Source: the human T2T-CHM13v2.0 reference genome, Homo sapiens. Taken from it: a stretch of DNA of 64,000 nt. The notes under the pieces were generated by a model that worked only from the letters and a program-made list of their open reading frames with translations, was not told where the DNA came from and searched no databases. Location: assembly GCF_009914755.1 (NCBI RefSeq), contig NC_060941.1. The stretch is one strand, 5' to 3'. The position numbers were made by a program, and so were the translations under genes. The first letter of the stretch is position 1. Every line of letters starts with the position of its first letter. Below are positions 60,535 through 64,000 of this stretch, piece after piece.

Positions 60535-60800
60535 AGTGCATAGCTTGATCGTTAGTGGTGTGGGCTCTGGGAACATTTGACTGGTGCTTAATCCTGGCTC
60601 CAAAACCCAAAAGTTCTGTGACCTTGGGCAAATTGTATAATTTTTACCCAGTTTACTTACTTGTAAAATGGTGATAAAACAATAGTAATTATTTTTGTAT
60701 AGTTTTTTTGTGAGTAATAGATGAAATAATCTTGTAAAACCCTTAGCAGAATGTCTGGAACATAGTAAATATTCAACATATATTAGGTATTATTAATAAT
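60535..60800 (+). mobile_element. MIR
   Basis: CTGTGACCTTGGGCAAATT..TGTAAAATGG..CCTTAGCAGAATGTCTGGAACATAGTAAAT. Confidence 0.8.
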
Positions 60801-60809
60801 AACACTATG

Positions 60810-61085
60810 TAGAAAAATAGGAAGAATAAAGAAGACCTACTATTTGATAACACAACAGGGTGATTGTAGTTGATAATTACTTAATTGTGCATTAAAAAAT
60901 AACTAAAAGAGTATAATTTGATTATTTGTAACAAACAGTAAATTCTTAAAAGGATGGATACCCCATTCTCCATGATGTGATTATTACACATTGCATGCCT
61001 ATATCAAAACATCTCATGTGCCCCCTAAATATATAAACCTACTGTATATCCATAAAAACTAAAAATAAAAATTTAAAATAATAAT
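60810..61085 (+). mobile_element. L1MA 3' end
   Basis: GGATACCCCATTCTCCATGATGTGATTATTACACATTGCATGCCT..CAAAACATCTCATGT. Confidence 0.85.
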
Positions 61086-61096
61086 ATGACCACTTT

Positions 61097-61402
61097 GGCT
61101 GGGCACGGTCGCTCACGCTTGTAATCCCAGAACTTTGGGAGGCTGACGCAGGTGGATCACAAGGTCAGGAGATCGAGATCATCCTGGCCAACATGGTGAA
61201 ACCCTGTCACTACTAAAAATACAAAAATTAGCTGGGTGTGGTGGCACGCAACTGTAGTCCCAGCTACTTGGGGAGGCTGAGGCACCAGAGAATTGCTTGA
61301 ACCTAGGAGGCAGAGGTTGCAGTGAGCTGAGATGGTGCCACTGTGCACCAGCCTGGCAACAGAGCAAGACTCCGTCTCAAAAAAAAAAAAAAAAAAAAAA
61401 AG
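61097..61402 (+). mobile_element. AluS (Sc-like)
   Basis: Full dimer with perfect TSD AATATGACCACTTT. Confidence 0.95.
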
Positions 61403-61566
61403 AATATGACCACTTTAAGGACTAGAAATGACACCACTTTTGGAATTTGGTCTCTAACTTTTGGTCATTTTTGCTTATTTGTAGGGCATATTCCAGTGCT
61501 CCTGGAGAAGTACATGGGTATTAGGGGTGACCTGGAAGATGCTTGCCAGCTGGGCACAACCTCAAG

Positions 61567-61863
61567 CTGTGGTGTCCAGTCCAGTAGCCACTAGTGGCAG
61601 GGGTTGCTGAGAAACTGATCTGTGGCTGGTCCAATGTGAGATGTGCTGTTGGCATCAAATACGCTCTGGATAGTGAAGGCGTCACATGAAAGAAAAGACT
61701 GTAAAACATCTCAACAATTTTCATATTATTTGCATGTTGAAATGATAATATGTTAGATACATTGTGCCAAATAGATTACTAAAATTACTTTTGTCTGCCT
61801 CATTTTAAATTGTTTAAGTGGCTACCAGAAAGTGTTTAATTATGTTTTCATTGGACAGCACTG
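61567..61863. mobile_element. MER33 (hAT-Charlie MITE)
   Basis: GTAGCCACTAG..GTGGCTGGTCCAATGTGAGATGTGCTGT..TTGGACAGCACTG. Confidence 0.8.
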
Positions 61864-62677
61864 GGCTGATGCCCTGTCAAATCCTCTAGGTCTTGTTATA
61901 TCCTGTCCTGCTGTACCTATATTTCCTATTAAATGCATCTTCAGCATTTTTGAAACATTTTTGTATACATTTCCTTACGTTTCTGGAAAGGTAGGTGAGA
62001 AGACATTATTTTCTGCATTACAAAGATAGAGAAACTGAAAATTAATGTGATTCATCCAAAGACATTCTCCAAGTAACACATACCCATGTGGAAAAAAAAT
62101 TAATTAGAACAGAAGGCCTCATCATAGAAAGTAGCAGTCTTCCTCTACCTCCCTGTCCCCTTCCTTGGAGGAACTTTATACATGTATGCATACTTTTTTT
62201 TGTAGGGCTATTGGTTTTCTCAGTATTACCCACACAGCTCCTGTTGACTCTGAACATTTTATTTCAAGATATTTTATGGTATAACACCTGCCTTCACCAG
62301 AACAACTCGTAGTCCATCAAAGTGGTGGCCTCAGTTATCTGAGCATAGTCTCCAGCTTATAACAAGAACTTAGGATTATTTTCAGAATAAAAGTGGAATA
62401 ATTACTGATAAAGTAACAAATATTCAACAACAGGTTTCTTTTTCTATAGTGAGATCTTTTGTGGGCCCCATAGCTGCCCTAAGGTTTACAGCACAGGGTA
62501 ATAGAAGTACGAATGTCCCTGTTAGAATCAGGATTTTCCCAACTTTTTGAACCAGGGATTCTTTTTGGGAAAAAAAAAATATGGCCTTTCTAAAGTCCAG
62601 CATCAATATATCAAAGGTAAAAAGAGCCAAAGATCATATATAGCACCTATAATATGAACTACAGGAAAGATTAACTT

Positions 62678-62899
62678 GGGAGTGGACAGGCTTTTTCTGT
62701 AAAGAGCTAGATAGTAAGTGTTTTAGGTTTTGTGGGCCAAACAGTACCCATTGCAACTACTCAACTCTACTGTTGTTGCACAAACATGGGCATAGATAAT
62801 AGATAAATGAATGGGCATGGCTGTGTTCCAATAAAACTTTATTTATCAAAACAGTCAGAGGGCCAGTTTTGTCCAACAACAGCAGTTTGCAAACCCTTG
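62678..62899. mobile_element. MER58A
   Basis: TTTTTCTGTAAAG..CAACTACTCAACTCT..GGCTGTGTTCCAATAAAACTTTATTTA..AGTTTGCAAACCCTTG. Confidence 0.85.
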
Positions 62900-64000
62900 G
62901 ATGAAAGTTTTCAGTGAAACCATGCCCAAATGACAAAATACCTATAAAATTTGCACAAGAAAAGGAAAGGCATATTAACATTCAGTGGCGTTCTTCATAA
63001 ACTCCAGTAACACAGGAATATCATGGAAGAAGGAATGCAGGATAAATCAAGATTGAGAGAAGATGCCTGGAGTTTTATGACGCAGTGTTGATAGTGTGAT
63101 GGCAGCGTTGGTGAGGAGCATCATGGTAGGATTGACTTGAGATATTTGGTGGAGAAGGGAGACAAAGGGTAACCAGAGGAGGCTGACAATCCTCATGTAA
63201 GTTCCTTTTTGCCCTCCACCATGGAGAAGACGTGTATATGTTTAACAGGAATGATTAAACCATCAGGGAAGCTAGAGACCAAGGTATCGTAAAGAGGTTG
63301 AAAGGTTTGCCTGCACAAGGAGAAGTATCATTTTTTATTTTAAGAGAGGAATGAGAGTTGAGTTGTCCCCAGTCCCTCAGTTACAATTTGTTTCCATTTT
63401 TAATGCTTTCATGGCACATTGATCTTCACCATCTCCCTCCTATATCACCTTCAGCCTTGCATCTTCATCTGTATGTTGGCCTTTCATTCTTGAGGGAAAG
63501 GGACCATGTCAATCATCTTTCCATCTTTGTATTTGGTGACCTCCAAAGAGAAGGTGCTCAATATCATTTCCACTTGAATTACAGATGAGAAACAAGGAAG
63601 CATCACATTCTCGACTGTATTACAGTATCAGGCCTATAGGGCTGCTTTATTCCCAGGACTTATCTTTAAGTTAAATTAAAAGGCATCTTAACTTAAGAGG
63701 TCACCTGGCAAGATGCCGGCCTACCAAGTGACCAGATGAGCATGAAATAGAGCAGACAGCAGTTATCCGTTCTGAGCATCTGCAGTCAAAGTATAAATGG
63801 AGATGGCCGATTTTCCTGAATAGAGCTGGGTTTGTGTTCAAGATAAATGGCCAGGCAAGGTGAGGTTTGATGATGAATGAATTGGGATTAGCATTGCAAG
63901 TGTGATGGAGAAAAGCTTTCTATTCCCAGCACTTAAAATCATTACTCTTGGTGAACATCTGCCATAATTAATCAATTCTCTCCTGTGTTTGCTCAGGGAA

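Noticed and set aside
61083-61441. Three copies of an ATGAC(A)CCACTTT-like motif
   Set aside because: Two are the Alu TSD and the third is a short imperfect match.
63665-63699. Short inverted repeat TTAAGTTAA / TTAACTTAA
   Set aside because: A 9-bp AT-rich stem is expected by chance in 64 kb.

Overview
This is primate (human-like) non-coding euchromatin, intergenic or deep intronic, and roughly half of it is recognisable interspersed repeat. I count 14 dimeric-type Alus plus 2 monomers. There are MaLR elements (THE1, MST, MLT1), ERVL relics (MLT2A, LTR33 with a gag-like remnant, LTR16), several ERV1-type solo LTRs, old L1/L2/MIR fragments and DNA-transposon MITEs (MER81, MER53, MER58A, MER5, MER33, MER2, Tigger2). 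No protein-coding gene, tRNA, rRNA or CRISPR array is supportable, and every long ORF in the track derives from a repeat. The most unusual structures are: (1) a 345-bp, about 95% identical, indel-free direct duplication of apparently unique sequence 6,532 bp apart, one copy overlapping a candidate non-coding exon just downstream of an AP-1/GATA cluster; (2) a 2.3-kb zoned 31-35-bp AT-rich, palindrome-laden minisatellite grown out of an Alu tail; (3) motif-dense candidate enhancers; (4) intact DUX4-type motifs in THE1 LTRs; (5) several odd Alu structures. I cannot identify the locus and do not see a convincing novel biological system. Repeat subfamily names come from recalled consensus similarity, and boundaries of old repeats are approximate.
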